Part shown: one piece after another, positions 1 through 8,618 of the stretch | Layout of the letters: each line of letters begins with the position of its first letter | Numbering within the stretch: the stretch's first letter is position 1 | Origin: Cyclobacteriaceae bacterium | GTDB taxonomy: Bacteria; Bacteroidota; Bacteroidia; Cytophagales; Cyclobacteriaceae | NCBI GenBank assembly: GCA_021604845.1 | Contig: BQJT01000002.1 | Coordinates: forward strand, 2,495 to 66,494 | DNA: 64,000 bases | Direction: 5' to 3' | The notes under the pieces: generated by a model | Databases searched by the model: none | Seen by the model: the letters and a program-made list of their open reading frames with translations, nothing else | What the model was told of the DNA's origin: nothing | Translations under genes and position numbers: made by a program

Positions 1-1
1 C

Positions 2-751
2 AATGAGGAGGAAACCTCAAGGTGGGAAACTAACTTATCCCAATGGCCTGAACTCACCGTAAACGCTGCCACCGGATTAATGCTTGCCCCTGATGCCCCG
101 TATGACCAGTCCCATCGTCATTTCTCACATCAACTGGCATACCATCCTTTGGGACTTATTGATTATGCTAATGGAGATGACCATCAAAAAATAATCGATA
201 ATACCATCTCGACCCTCGAGGATATAGGATCACAAGCATGGGTAGGGTATTCATTTAGTTGGATGGGAGGGCTTAAGGCCCGGGCTTTTGACGGTGAGGG
301 GGCAGCGGAGTACCTTAAGATTTTTGCCACTAGTTTTTGTTTACCCAATAGTTTTCATGTGAACGGCGATCAATCGGGAAAGGGATATTCAAGCTACACT
401 TATAGGCCATTCACCCTGGAAGGGAATTTTGCCTTTGCCGCCGGATTACAGGAGATGCTAATACAAAGTCATACTGGGGTGGTGCACATATTTCCTGCAC
501 TACCCAAAGAATGGAAAGACGTTAGTTTCAACCAACTAAGAACGCAGGGAGCGTATTTGGTATCGGCAAAGAAAGAAAATGGAATGATTAGGGACATAGA
601 AATCAAAGCTGAAAAAGGCGGAGTTTTAAAATTGAAAAATCCATACCCAAATGCGGATTTCTATTGTTCTAAGGATTATAAACTTGAGGTTGATAATATC
701 GTAATCAAAACCAATGAGGGGGATACGGTGAGGTTATTTTCTGAGAATTGA
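2..751 (+). CDS. C-terminal part of a GH95-like glycoside hydrolase (alpha-L-fucosidase family); the 5' end lies outside the window
   Basis: The frame is open from nt 2, with no stop before the listed Met at 80. The stretch FTLEGNFAFAAGLQEMLIQSH...IFPALPKEW is the pattern I associate with the end of the GH95 catalytic domain and its C-terminal sandwich. Confidence 0.65.
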   Translation, partial: NEEETSRWETNLSQWPELTVNAATGLMLAPDAPYDQSHRHFSHQLAYHPLGLIDYANGDDHQKIIDNTISTLEDIGSQAWVGYSFSWMGGLKARAFDGEGAAEYLKIFATSFCLPNSFHVNGDQSGKGYSSYTYRPFTLEGNFAFAAGLQEMLIQSHTGVVHIFPALPKEWKDVSFNQLRTQGAYLVSAKKENGMIRDIEIKAEKGGVLKLKNPYPNADFYCSKDYKLEVDNIVIKTNEGDTVRLFSEN

Positions 752-851
752 TTCGAGATGAGATTTGCATTACTACTTGTGGGAAAATGGCATTTAGGAT
801 TGGGTTCAGGCAACCTGAACTGGTATGGCTTGTTCCATTTTCTAACCCAAA

Positions 852-886
852 GGAGAGGGCCAAGTTGGTTAGCCCTCTCCGTTTTA
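852..886. terminator. Intrinsic-terminator-like hairpin between convergent genes (GH95-like gene and SusD)
   Basis: GGAGAGGGC (852-860) and GCCCTCTCC (872-880) form a perfect 9-bp GC-rich stem with an 11-nt loop. GTTTT follows on the plus strand and TTTGGGTT follows on the minus strand. Confidence 0.65.
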
Positions 887-922
887 CAAACTAAGCCTAA
901 ATTATTCTCAACTGGAACTAAC

Positions 923-2704
923 TTACCAACCAAAAATCTGAGTCAGGTTAGGATTTAAGGTTACTTGTGTTTCAGGCACCGGCCTATAGTAGTATTTGGG
1001 TTCTTCGAACAAACCGCGGTTGTCAGTAGCTACTACATATCCGCTGGTACCTTGGGTCAAATAAAAGGAGGCGTCGCTGCCGGGAGGGCCTACTCGGTAA
1101 TAGATCAATGGAACCCCATTTCCGTTCAATTCTTTATTATCCGGAATTGACTCTGAGTTCGGTATCAGGAAGATGTCCTCCACAGCGTCCCCGTTAAGGT
1201 CATACTTGCCCAAACCGGGAAAATATAAGCCCAAGGGGCTTACTTCGATGGCCTTGCCATTTCCCCATCGCATCAGGTCATCAGTACGGAATCCTTCCAA
1301 AGCCAGCTCAACGCGTCTTTCACGTCTGATCTCCAGCAATTCAGCAACGCTTACGTTGGGGTGAATAGCCTGTTGCCAGGGATCTACCGGGGCGCCGATG
1401 GTAAGATGCGGCATTCCTGCTCTGTCCCTTAAAACGTTGATGGTCATATCCAGATCTTGTTGTGTCAATTCTCCAAGTTCTGCTTTGGCTTCTGCGTATA
1501 TCAACAGAATTTCTGCATATCGAAGCGTAGGAAGATCAACTCCATTGGTGACAACAGGGTCCGGATCGTTAATGAATCCCTTCAGCTGATGATACCCTGA
1601 AAAGTTCTTCTGCAGTTGTTGAACATAAAGGCCGCCACCCTGCGAATAGGTACTGGTGTTATACAATACCCAGCCTGGATAGGCATAGGTTTGTGAAAGC
1701 CTGGGATCCCTGTTTTGAAACTCTTCAACAAATTGCTTGGTCGTAAATCCCGGAACCGAAGAATAATAGCTGCCGTCGCTGTTAAGATATGACTGCATTA
1801 AGTCCCGGGTGGGGCTGGATTCATAATTGCCAAACATATAAGACCACAACCCGCTGTTCCTGATTTCATCTTCCGAGAACACTGAAAAGATGATCTCCGG
1901 ATTACCTCCAAGATCGGTATTATTGAACAATGCACCGTAGTCATTATTTGGGTCACCGGTACTATATATAGAGAACCCGCCTTCAATCATGATCTGCATG
2001 GCTACATCCCCGGCCATTTGCAGGAACTGATTGGCGCTGCTTTCCAAAGCCAACTCAGGATGATACTTTCGGAAAGTACCTTCGTAAAGAGCATGCCTGG
2101 CCTGGTATGCAAGTGCAGTCCACTTGTCCACAGCGCCTTCCGCCTGCCCGGTCTTCACATGCTCACTGGCAAAACTATAATCTTCGAATATCCTGCTTAC
2201 CACCAGATCCCTGGGATCACGTGACGCTTGCAAGGCATCCTCATCATCTGCGTTAATTACGAAATCATACCAGGGGACGTCAGAATACCGTTTTACTTTG
2301 TCCATATAAAAATTGGCTCTGAATAATCTGGCGATCCCTTCATAATGGTTCAATACGTCCTGAGGTACATCTGCCTTGGTATAATTTTCCAGGAAGAAAT
2401 TGATATCCCTCAGGTCGTCCCAGTTCCAGCCTGCGGTAATGGTGCTGGCTGTAGGATTGCCGTTCATCATGGTCTTTATTTCCGTGACCCCGGTGGTTGC
2501 CTGGTTGTCGGTGGTTATGTCACCGGTATAAATACTACCATGCCCTGGAAAATTGTATAGGCCGTAGGTATATATCATGAGATCTTCTTCGGTATTAAAG
2601 AAATTCTCTTCTGAGATCTCTGTCTTTGGAAACCTGTCCAGGAAGTCATCTTCGCAGGCAACAAAGATTGTAATAAGTACGATTGTTGCTATTATCTTTT
2701 TCAT
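923..2704 (-). CDS. SusD/RagB-family nutrient-binding outer-membrane lipoprotein
   Basis: 593 aa with lipoprotein signal MKKIIATIVLITIFVAC. It lies 26 nt downstream of a SusC-type gene on the same strand. The C-terminal YYRPVPETQVTLNPNLTQIFGW is a typical SusD ending. Confidence 0.9.
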   Translation of the reverse strand: MKKIIATIVLITIFVACEDDFLDRFPKTEISEENFFNTEEDLMIYTYGLYNFPGHGSIYTGDITTDNQATTGVTEIKTMMNGNPTASTITAGWNWDDLRDINFFLENYTKADVPQDVLNHYEGIARLFRANFYMDKVKRYSDVPWYDFVINADDEDALQASRDPRDLVVSRIFEDYSFASEHVKTGQAEGAVDKWTALAYQARHALYEGTFRKYHPELALESSANQFLQMAGDVAMQIMIEGGFSIYSTGDPNNDYGALFNNTDLGGNPEIIFSVFSEDEIRNSGLWSYMFGNYESSPTRDLMQSYLNSDGSYYSSVPGFTTKQFVEEFQNRDPRLSQTYAYPGWVLYNTSTYSQGGGLYVQQLQKNFSGYHQLKGFINDPDPVVTNGVDLPTLRYAEILLIYAEAKAELGELTQQDLDMTINVLRDRAGMPHLTIGAPVDPWQQAIHPNVSVAELLEIRRERRVELALEGFRTDDLMRWGNGKAIEVSPLGLYFPGLGKYDLNGDAVEDIFLIPNSESIPDNKELNGNGVPLIYYRVGPPGSDASFYLTQGTSGYVVATDNRGLFEEPKYYYRPVPETQVTLNPNLTQIFGW

Positions 2705-2730
2705 GTTAATTCAATTTTGAGCTGGTGGTA

Positions 2731-5700
2731 CTAGAATGTCACGTTCAATCCCAATGAGTATCTTCTTTGCAGTGGATATGCATAGCCCCATCCCTCAGAC
2801 GAGCTCCTTCTGGGATCTAGCTTGGCCACATCATCGTTAATAGCTTCTGGATCATAGAAATCCTTCAACTCAGACCATTCAGTAAGATTTTCTCCACTGA
2901 AATAAACCCGCACATTGGCCACTTTTATTTTTTCGGTAAGTGTACGGGGAAGGGTATAACCTACGGTCAGGTTCTTAAACCTTAGATAAGCACCATTAAG
3001 CATATAGCGGGTTTGTGGAATAGCCAACCCTTGTGCCTGGTCTATTCTCTCACCCAGGTTCCTGTCTGCCAGCCATGCTTGTAAGTGAGGATACTTGGCG
3101 TCGGTGTTGGCATCTGCCAGTCCTGCATTCAGGTAGGCCTGCGAGTGCTTAGCCCGATCAACGTCACTGTCATCAGACGCGCGGTAGAAGTCCAATAAAT
3201 GTTCATACCCACCGGCGTAAGGTTGTTGGTAGAAACCCCAGTATAGGTAATGAAGCGGGTAGAAGTCCCTTTTGGCAACCCCCTGGAAAAACATTCGTAG
3301 GTCGAATCCATTCCAATTCATGGACAGGTCAATTCCGTAACGCAGTCTTGGTTGCAGATTGCCAATAACTGACAGGTCCTTGGGGTCATCAACAGTGGTG
3401 CCTTTTTCAATTCTGCCGTTACCGTCCAGGTCAACATATTTTGGCCAACCTGTGGTGACGGAGATAGCTCCCCAGGGAACAATATCCTGCTGGTCAAGTT
3501 CGGCAATTTCGGCTTCTGACTGGAATAATCCGTCACTTCGCAGCCCCCAGATTTGGCCGATTTCCATGCCGTCATAAAATTGTGTCAGCACCTTGTTGGG
3601 GTTATCGAAGCGGGTTATCTCAGTCTGGCTGTCTGAAAAGATCAACCTGGAATTAAAATTCATGGGTTTTCCGAAAACATTAAAGCCGTTCTGATAGCCC
3701 AGGGTAAGTTCCCAACCCTTGGTATTCAGGTCGGCCGCATTTTCCGTGGGTTCACTGGCTCCCAATACTGCCGGAAGTTCTTTTCCCAAGGTAAGCATAC
3801 CCAGGGTTTCCCGGGAATAGTAATCAAAGCTGGCTGTTAACCTGCTGCTAAACATGCCAAGGTCGAATCCAACGTTTTTACTATTCACTTCTTCCCAGGT
3901 ATAGTTTCGTGACACCAGCGGAGGCGATGAAACAGTAATTGGTAAAGAACCACCGATCAGGTAAGAGCCTAATCCAGCCGGCATACTGGGCAGATAGTCG
4001 TATTCGTCTACAAATTGGTTGCCCAGGGATCCGTAGGAAGCTCTTAGCTTAAACTGATCGATCAAATTCTCCATTGGACTCCAGAATGGTTCCTGATCCA
4101 CTCTCCAGGCTAGCGAAGCAGAGGGGAAGAATCCCCATCTGTTCTCGTTGGGAAATTTCGAAGATCCATCGTAACGACCATTAAATTCAACAATGTACTT
4201 ATCACGAAATATATAATTAGCTCTGAAGAAATACCCTCTGACCGCCCATTCCCTAACTTCTTCACCCACGAAGGTCTCTCCGGTGGCCAACTGAATGGAG
4301 GGCAGTGAGGACGAGATGAGGTTGAATTTTTGGGAATAAAATTCTTCATATAAATTCTCTTCCTGGTTGTAACCCACCACGCCACTCACCTGGTGTTTAT
4401 CCCCAAATACTTTATTATATGTTGCATAGACATTAAAAACCGAATATGTGTTTTCAGAACTTAATCGCCAGGCTTGACTGGAACCCAATTCACGGACATC
4501 GGAAGGACCGTAGCCCACTTTGTACTTGGTTTGGTACCAATCGACATCCCCTACATTCTTTCTGATGGTATAATCACCATTTAACTTCAATGCTCCCTCA
4601 AAGAACCGCATCTCGGCGTTGAAAGAAGTTTGATAAATATTCAATTGGGAACTATTCTGCCCCCCCTGTTGCAGTTGGGATTTGTAACGACCTACTGCGG
4701 TGTTGGCATAGGTCCCATCGGGATTAATATCCCAGTCCGTAGGGTGGAAGTTGTAGATCTCCCACATTTGATCGTTGGCAGGTACATAAGAAGGTTTGAC
4801 CCTTTCGGTAAAGGCCAGGGTGGTATTATTTCCTACCTTAAGCCAGTCGTATATGTCAAAATCAACCTTACCTCTTATCGAATATCGATCATAGTTATCG
4901 GTGGCGATATTGTCCAATACCCCTTGCTGATCGTCGTAGGAAGTTGATAGTAACACATTTGATCTTTCTCCTCTGCTGCCGAAGGTGATATTATGCTGCT
5001 GGGAAAAAGTAGCATCGTCTAAAAACTCCCTGGTCCAGTCCTTTCCTCCCATGTACTCCCATTGGGTGGGGTCGGTAGGATTTTCCCGGACACTGGGGAG
5101 GCTGGGATTTTCGGATCTTTCCTTTGCCCATTGGTAGGTTTGATCACTGTAATTGGTGTTGTCCCAGGGTGTATTGTCCGTAGAGGTTTCCTGCAGCCTT
5201 AAATATATATAAGGGTCAGTAACTTTGTTAGGAAGTACTGTTGGTTTATTCCAGGAAAAGTTGTTGGTATAGCTTAGGGTTATACCTTCTTTTTCCGGCA
5301 TTTTGGTAGTGATTAGAATAACCCCGTAGGCTGCCCGGGCACCGTAAATGGCCGCTGAAGAAGCATCCTTTAGCACGGTAATATTTTCGACATCTCCCGG
5401 TGGGATGGAATTCAGCTCTTCCGGGGTAGTAGGTACGCCATCCACAATAATCAGCGGATTTCCTTCATTGATGGAAGTAAAACCCCTGATATTAAACTTT
5501 GGAGCAGTCCCTGGCTCCCCACTGAGGTAGTCAATGTTCAGGTTTGGAGATACACCCTGCAATCCCTGGGCAATACTCTGAATGGGTCTATTGGCCAGAA
5601 TTTCCTTGTCAATAGCGTCCACTGCACCGGAGAGGTTTACTTTTTGCTGCTCCCCGTATCCGACCACTACCAATTCATCAAGTACCAGGTCATTTACCAG

Positions 5701-6018
5701 CGACACAATAATTGGTTCGGTATTGTTGAGCTCTATTTCAGCGGTTTTGAATCCGATATATGAAATTAGAATAGTATTCCCCATTTCAGTTTCCAGAGCA
5801 AAATTGCCTTCTGCATCGGTAACCACTCCCTGGCTACCGCCTTTGACCACCACCGCTGCGCCAATTAATGGTGATCCGTCATCATTGTCAGTCACTTTCC
5901 CGGTGAATAAATCCTGGGCCATGACCATGTTGGTAAGGCAAATAGCACCCATCACCATCAGAAACCTGCTGACATGTTTGTGCAATCCCTTACCGGTTGG
6001 TAAATGTTTGTGTTGCAT
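2731..6018 (-). CDS. SusC-type TonB-dependent outer-membrane transporter
   Basis: 1095 aa. It has a carboxypeptidase-regulatory-like N-domain (GKVTDNDDGSPLIGAAVVVKG...VTDAEGNFAL), the plug motif NITVLKDASSAAIYGARAAYGVILITTK and a barrel end YSLGLNVTF. Confidence 0.92.
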   Translation of the reverse strand: MQHKHLPTGKGLHKHVSRFLMVMGAICLTNMVMAQDLFTGKVTDNDDGSPLIGAAVVVKGGSQGVVTDAEGNFALETEMGNTILISYIGFKTAEIELNNTEPIIVSLVNDLVLDELVVVGYGEQQKVNLSGAVDAIDKEILANRPIQSIAQGLQGVSPNLNIDYLSGEPGTAPKFNIRGFTSINEGNPLIIVDGVPTTPEELNSIPPGDVENITVLKDASSAAIYGARAAYGVILITTKMPEKEGITLSYTNNFSWNKPTVLPNKVTDPYIYLRLQETSTDNTPWDNTNYSDQTYQWAKERSENPSLPSVRENPTDPTQWEYMGGKDWTREFLDDATFSQQHNITFGSRGERSNVLLSTSYDDQQGVLDNIATDNYDRYSIRGKVDFDIYDWLKVGNNTTLAFTERVKPSYVPANDQMWEIYNFHPTDWDINPDGTYANTAVGRYKSQLQQGGQNSSQLNIYQTSFNAEMRFFEGALKLNGDYTIRKNVGDVDWYQTKYKVGYGPSDVRELGSSQAWRLSSENTYSVFNVYATYNKVFGDKHQVSGVVGYNQEENLYEEFYSQKFNLISSSLPSIQLATGETFVGEEVREWAVRGYFFRANYIFRDKYIVEFNGRYDGSSKFPNENRWGFFPSASLAWRVDQEPFWSPMENLIDQFKLRASYGSLGNQFVDEYDYLPSMPAGLGSYLIGGSLPITVSSPPLVSRNYTWEEVNSKNVGFDLGMFSSRLTASFDYYSRETLGMLTLGKELPAVLGASEPTENAADLNTKGWELTLGYQNGFNVFGKPMNFNSRLIFSDSQTEITRFDNPNKVLTQFYDGMEIGQIWGLRSDGLFQSEAEIAELDQQDIVPWGAISVTTGWPKYVDLDGNGRIEKGTTVDDPKDLSVIGNLQPRLRYGIDLSMNWNGFDLRMFFQGVAKRDFYPLHYLYWGFYQQPYAGGYEHLLDFYRASDDSDVDRAKHSQAYLNAGLADANTDAKYPHLQAWLADRNLGERIDQAQGLAIPQTRYMLNGAYLRFKNLTVGYTLPRTLTEKIKVANVRVYFSGENLTEWSELKDFYDPEAINDDVAKLDPRRSSSEGWGYAYPLQRRYSLGLNVTF

Positions 6019-6179
6019 AATTTAATATTTAAATGAAATACTAGTTTCTGGAGGGTGGATGCTCATTCTGCCAAGCTTATGAACAGATCAGCAGCCAGTT
6101 CATTGGGCCAATTGCTCGACGTAACCAATGATCCCCAGGACGCTAACCTAGAGTATAAAAATCTAATATGCAAGAAATA

Positions 6180-6197
6180 ATTGAATGAATGTTCAAT
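6180..6197. promoter_or_regulatory. Inverted repeat ATTGAA-N6-TTCAAT in the SusC/TetR divergent intergenic region; candidate TetR operator
   Basis: ATTGAA (6180-6185) and TTCAAT (6192-6197) are exact reverse complements. The site lies about 100 nt upstream of the TetR start. The arms are only 6 bp, so this could be chance. Confidence 0.2.
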
Positions 6198-6298
6198 AAA
6201 TATATTGATTGTATATTTAGTTAATAATAATTAACAATTTGTTGAGCGATTTGTTTATATTGCATAAGCATCAACTACTTAACTAACCAAAACAATTA

Positions 6299-6907
6299 AT
6301 GGGAAGAAAAAGCATCAAGGAAATCAGACAAAAAGAGATTATCAGGGCGTTTTATCAGGTGTGTAAAAAGGAAGGCCTTGAGAATGCCTCTATTGCCAAG
6401 GTAGCCAGTCACCTGGGAATTAATCCCAGCCTGATCATGCACTATTTTAAAACCAGGGAAGAGTTGATCTTTGGGCTGATATCGTACACTCTTGAGAGGT
6501 ATAGGTTGATGTTCAGGACTGAAAAAGATAACGGAGATAGTCAGAAGCAACTCAGTCTGCTGATTCATAAGTTGTTTTCCCGAAAGTGGGGTACTCTGTT
6601 TGATGACGGGGTTTTTTATAGCTGCTACGCTTTAGTATTCCGGGACGATAAGATCCGGCAACACTTCCTTGAGCTGCACCAGGATTTAAGGAGATGGTTA
6701 GCCGAGGCCATAGCCAATGCCAAGGGCGATGGATATGTCGATGTGGAGGATCCGGAGCTAACTGCCGACCTAATTTTTGCCCTGGTGGATGGGTCATACT
6801 ATTATTTTGGACTATTGGCTAAACCTCAGAAAAAGAATACGGAACACTACAAAAAGATCGCCTTTGAAATATTGAAATTAACCGCGGCTGAGATCGAGGC
6901 CCGGTAA
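6299..6907 (+). CDS. TetR/AcrR-family transcriptional regulator
   Basis: 202 aa. The N-terminal HTH pattern IIRAFYQVCKKEGLENASIAKVASHLGINPSLIMHYFKTREELI is typical of TetR proteins. Confidence 0.88.
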   Translation: MGRKSIKEIRQKEIIRAFYQVCKKEGLENASIAKVASHLGINPSLIMHYFKTREELIFGLISYTLERYRLMFRTEKDNGDSQKQLSLLIHKLFSRKWGTLFDDGVFYSCYALVFRDDKIRQHFLELHQDLRRWLAEAIANAKGDGYVDVEDPELTADLIFALVDGSYYYFGLLAKPQKKNTEHYKKIAFEILKLTAAEIEAR

Positions 6908-6994
6908 CAGTCTGCATCAGAAGCATTTCAACCGCCAGGAAGTAGGTAGTGAACCGCAATCGGATAATTCTTCATGATAGCATTATGAATTCCT

Positions 6995-7276
6995 ATGGAT
7001 ACTTCAACTTCAATAACACAACTTATCGACCTATTGGGTTGGTTGGGTACTGCCTTGTATCTCATACCTTATTACCTGCTGGTCCGGGGAAGTTGGTCAT
7101 ATAATTCTAATAAGTTTCACATTTGGAACATTGTGGCTAGTGTTCTATCCGTGATTAATGCGGCGTATCACGGTTCTATACCAGTGGCTGCCAGTTGTGG
7201 GATCTGGGGTGCTATTGCTGGATACGGCATGATTAAAAATAAACTATCAAAACATAAGATAAATGGAAATCACTAA
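6995..7276 (+). CDS. Small integral membrane protein (about 3 predicted TM segments), function unknown
   Basis: 93 aa with hydrophobic segments LLGWLGTALYLIPYYLLV, IWNIVASVLSVINAAY and VAASCGIWGAIAGYGMI. It overlaps the next gene by 14 nt, which suggests co-translation. Confidence 0.5.
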   Translation: MDTSTSITQLIDLLGWLGTALYLIPYYLLVRGSWSYNSNKFHIWNIVASVLSVINAAYHGSIPVAASCGIWGAIAGYGMIKNKLSKHKINGNH

Positions 7277-8225
7277 AACAATATGCATTGCCATTTTGAC
7301 TTGGATAATACTACCTATTGGAATTGCTGCTCAGCAAAAGGCAGTATTCATTCTGTTGGATGGGGTTCCGGCAGATGTGATCGAAAATGTAAACACACCG
7401 GTGTTGGACGAAATTGCCAAGGAGGGTGGTTACTCACATTCCTATCAGGGGGGTGAAAGAAACCAACCCAGTGAAACCCCAACCATTTCAGCGCCCGGTT
7501 ACATGAACTTGATCACAGGGACCTGGGGATATAAGCACAACGTTTGGGACAATAATGTTGAAGCACCGAACTATAATTATTGGAATATTTTCAGGATTGT
7601 AGAGAATGCGAATCCTGACTTAAAAACTGCCATCTTTTCAACCTGGGAGGACAACCGCACCAAATTGATAGGTGAAGGCTTGCCGCAAGCAGGCAAAGTA
7701 AAAATTGATTACGCCTTTGACGGATTCGAGCACGACTCGGTAAAGTTTCCTCATAACCAGAGCCGGCAGTTTATTTTCCAGATTGATGAGTACGTTTCAA
7801 CGGAGGCCGCGAATTTTATCAAAGAACAAGGTCCTGATCTGACCTGGGTCTATCTGGAGTTTACCGACGATATGGGACATATGTGTGGTGATGGTCCCCA
7901 GTTTTACCAGGCAGTGGGAAAAGCGGATAACCAAGTGGGCAGGATCTGGTTGGCGTTAAAGCACCGTATTGCACAATATGATGAGGATTGGATGATCTTA
8001 ATCACCACAGATCATGGAAGAAGTCCCGAAGACGGTAAAGGACATGGAGGACAATCGAATCGTGAGCGAACAACCTGGATAGTGACCAACAAGTCCAACC
8101 TGCTACCTTCATTTTACCAAAATCCCCCGGTGGTGGATGTAATGCCCTCCATACTGGATCATTTAGGGGTAAAGGCTCCAGTTGAAATTGAAGAGCAATT
8201 TGACGGTGAGTCTTTTTTAGAGTGA
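7263..8225 (+). CDS. Alkaline-phosphatase-superfamily enzyme, nucleotide pyrophosphatase/phosphodiesterase (NPP)-like, secreted
   Basis: 320 aa with a signal-like N-terminus. Motifs FILLDGVPADV, TPTISAPGYMNLITG (nucleophile region), DDMGH and ITTDHGR...GHGG fit the NPP/AP metal-site pattern. Confidence 0.78.
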   Translation: MEITKTICIAILTWIILPIGIAAQQKAVFILLDGVPADVIENVNTPVLDEIAKEGGYSHSYQGGERNQPSETPTISAPGYMNLITGTWGYKHNVWDNNVEAPNYNYWNIFRIVENANPDLKTAIFSTWEDNRTKLIGEGLPQAGKVKIDYAFDGFEHDSVKFPHNQSRQFIFQIDEYVSTEAANFIKEQGPDLTWVYLEFTDDMGHMCGDGPQFYQAVGKADNQVGRIWLALKHRIAQYDEDWMILITTDHGRSPEDGKGHGGQSNRERTTWIVTNKSNLLPSFYQNPPVVDVMPSILDHLGVKAPVEIEEQFDGESFLE

Positions 8226-8344
8226 GATATCTTGATTGCAATCCTTGGTTTCACCCGTACTTCCATTAATAAAAAATTAAATTTCTGTTCCATCTGGAAT
8301 TGGGAGATATTGTAACGGCGGGTTTATTTATTGATTCCTATAAA

Positions 8345-8450
8345 TAATTAAGATACAGCCAATTACCAACAAAAAAGCCCGACACATTGTGTCAGGCTTT
8401 TCTTCGTAGCGGGGGTAGGACTTGAACCTACGACCTTCGGGTTATGAGCC
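8345..8450. repeat. Direct repeat DR1 (att site): displaced 3' 44 nt of tRNA-Met (8407-8450, minus strand) plus 62 nt of downstream terminator region
   Basis: It aligns in register with 62845-62950 at an offset of exactly 54,500 nt. Mismatches are at 8352, 8353, 8362, 8381, 8387 and 8400 only; 8401-8450 is identical. Identity ends at 8450/8451. Confidence 0.85.
8371..8398 (-). terminator. Intrinsic terminator (the copy that follows the displaced tRNA 3' fragment)
   Basis: The minus strand reads AGCCTGACAC-AAT-GTGTCGGGCT followed by TTTTTTGTTGG, a 10-bp stem with one G-U pair. Confidence 0.6.
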
Positions 8451-8460
8451 TGTTCCATTT

Positions 8461-8490
8461 TGTATCCTATTGTATTCAATTGTATTCAAA
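8461..8490 (+). repeat. Three tandem 10-mers TGTATCCTAT / TGTATTCAAT / TGTATTCAAA; candidate arm-type recombinase binding sites
   Basis: Read directly from the sequence. They start 11 nt after the att identity boundary. 8451-8460 (TGTTCCATTT) may be a degenerate fourth unit. Confidence 0.55.
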
Positions 8491-8520
8491 TGGTCATTCT
8501 AATGCGTTTCAAGGTACATT

Positions 8521-8550
8521 TGAAACCAACTGAAACCAGGTAAAACCTCA
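8521..8550 (+). repeat. Three 10-nt-phased units TGAAACCAAC / TGAAACCAGG / TAAAACCTCA
   Basis: Read directly from the sequence. They keep the same 10-nt phasing as the first set. Confidence 0.45.
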
Positions 8551-8552
8551 AA

Positions 8553-8574
8553 ATGTTGTACATATGTTGTACAT
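8553..8574 (+). repeat. Perfect tandem 11-mer ATGTTGTACAT x2 (each contains the palindrome TGTACA), abutting the putative integrase promoter
   Basis: 8553-8563 and 8564-8574 are identical. Confidence 0.6.
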
Positions 8575-8575
8575 T

Positions 8576-8583
8576 TATATTTG
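8576..8583 (+). promoter_or_regulatory. Candidate Bacteroidetes -7 promoter box (TATATTTG, consensus TAnnTTTG) for the integrase
   Basis: It matches TAnnTTTG exactly and ends 36 nt before the ATG at 8619. No clean TTTG -33 box was seen. Confidence 0.3.
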
Positions 8584-8618
8584 AAGTATTCGTATATTGA
8601 GTCAGTTTTCTAAGATAC

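Noticed and set aside
676-958. Two short ORFs (85 and 66 aa) in the GH95/SusD convergent gap
   Set aside because: They overlap each other and the terminator hairpin at 852-886, and they have no recognisable motifs and unconvincing starts.
8407-8450. Sequence that looks like a tRNA gene on the minus strand
   Set aside because: Only the 3' 44 nt (anticodon loop to discriminator) are present. The 5' half is replaced by island DNA at 8451, so it is the displaced att fragment and not a gene.
8461-8574. Possible CRISPR-like or minisatellite array
   Set aside because: The units are 10-11 nt, directly adjacent without spacers, and number only 2-3 copies each. They fit recombinase/regulator binding sites, not CRISPR.
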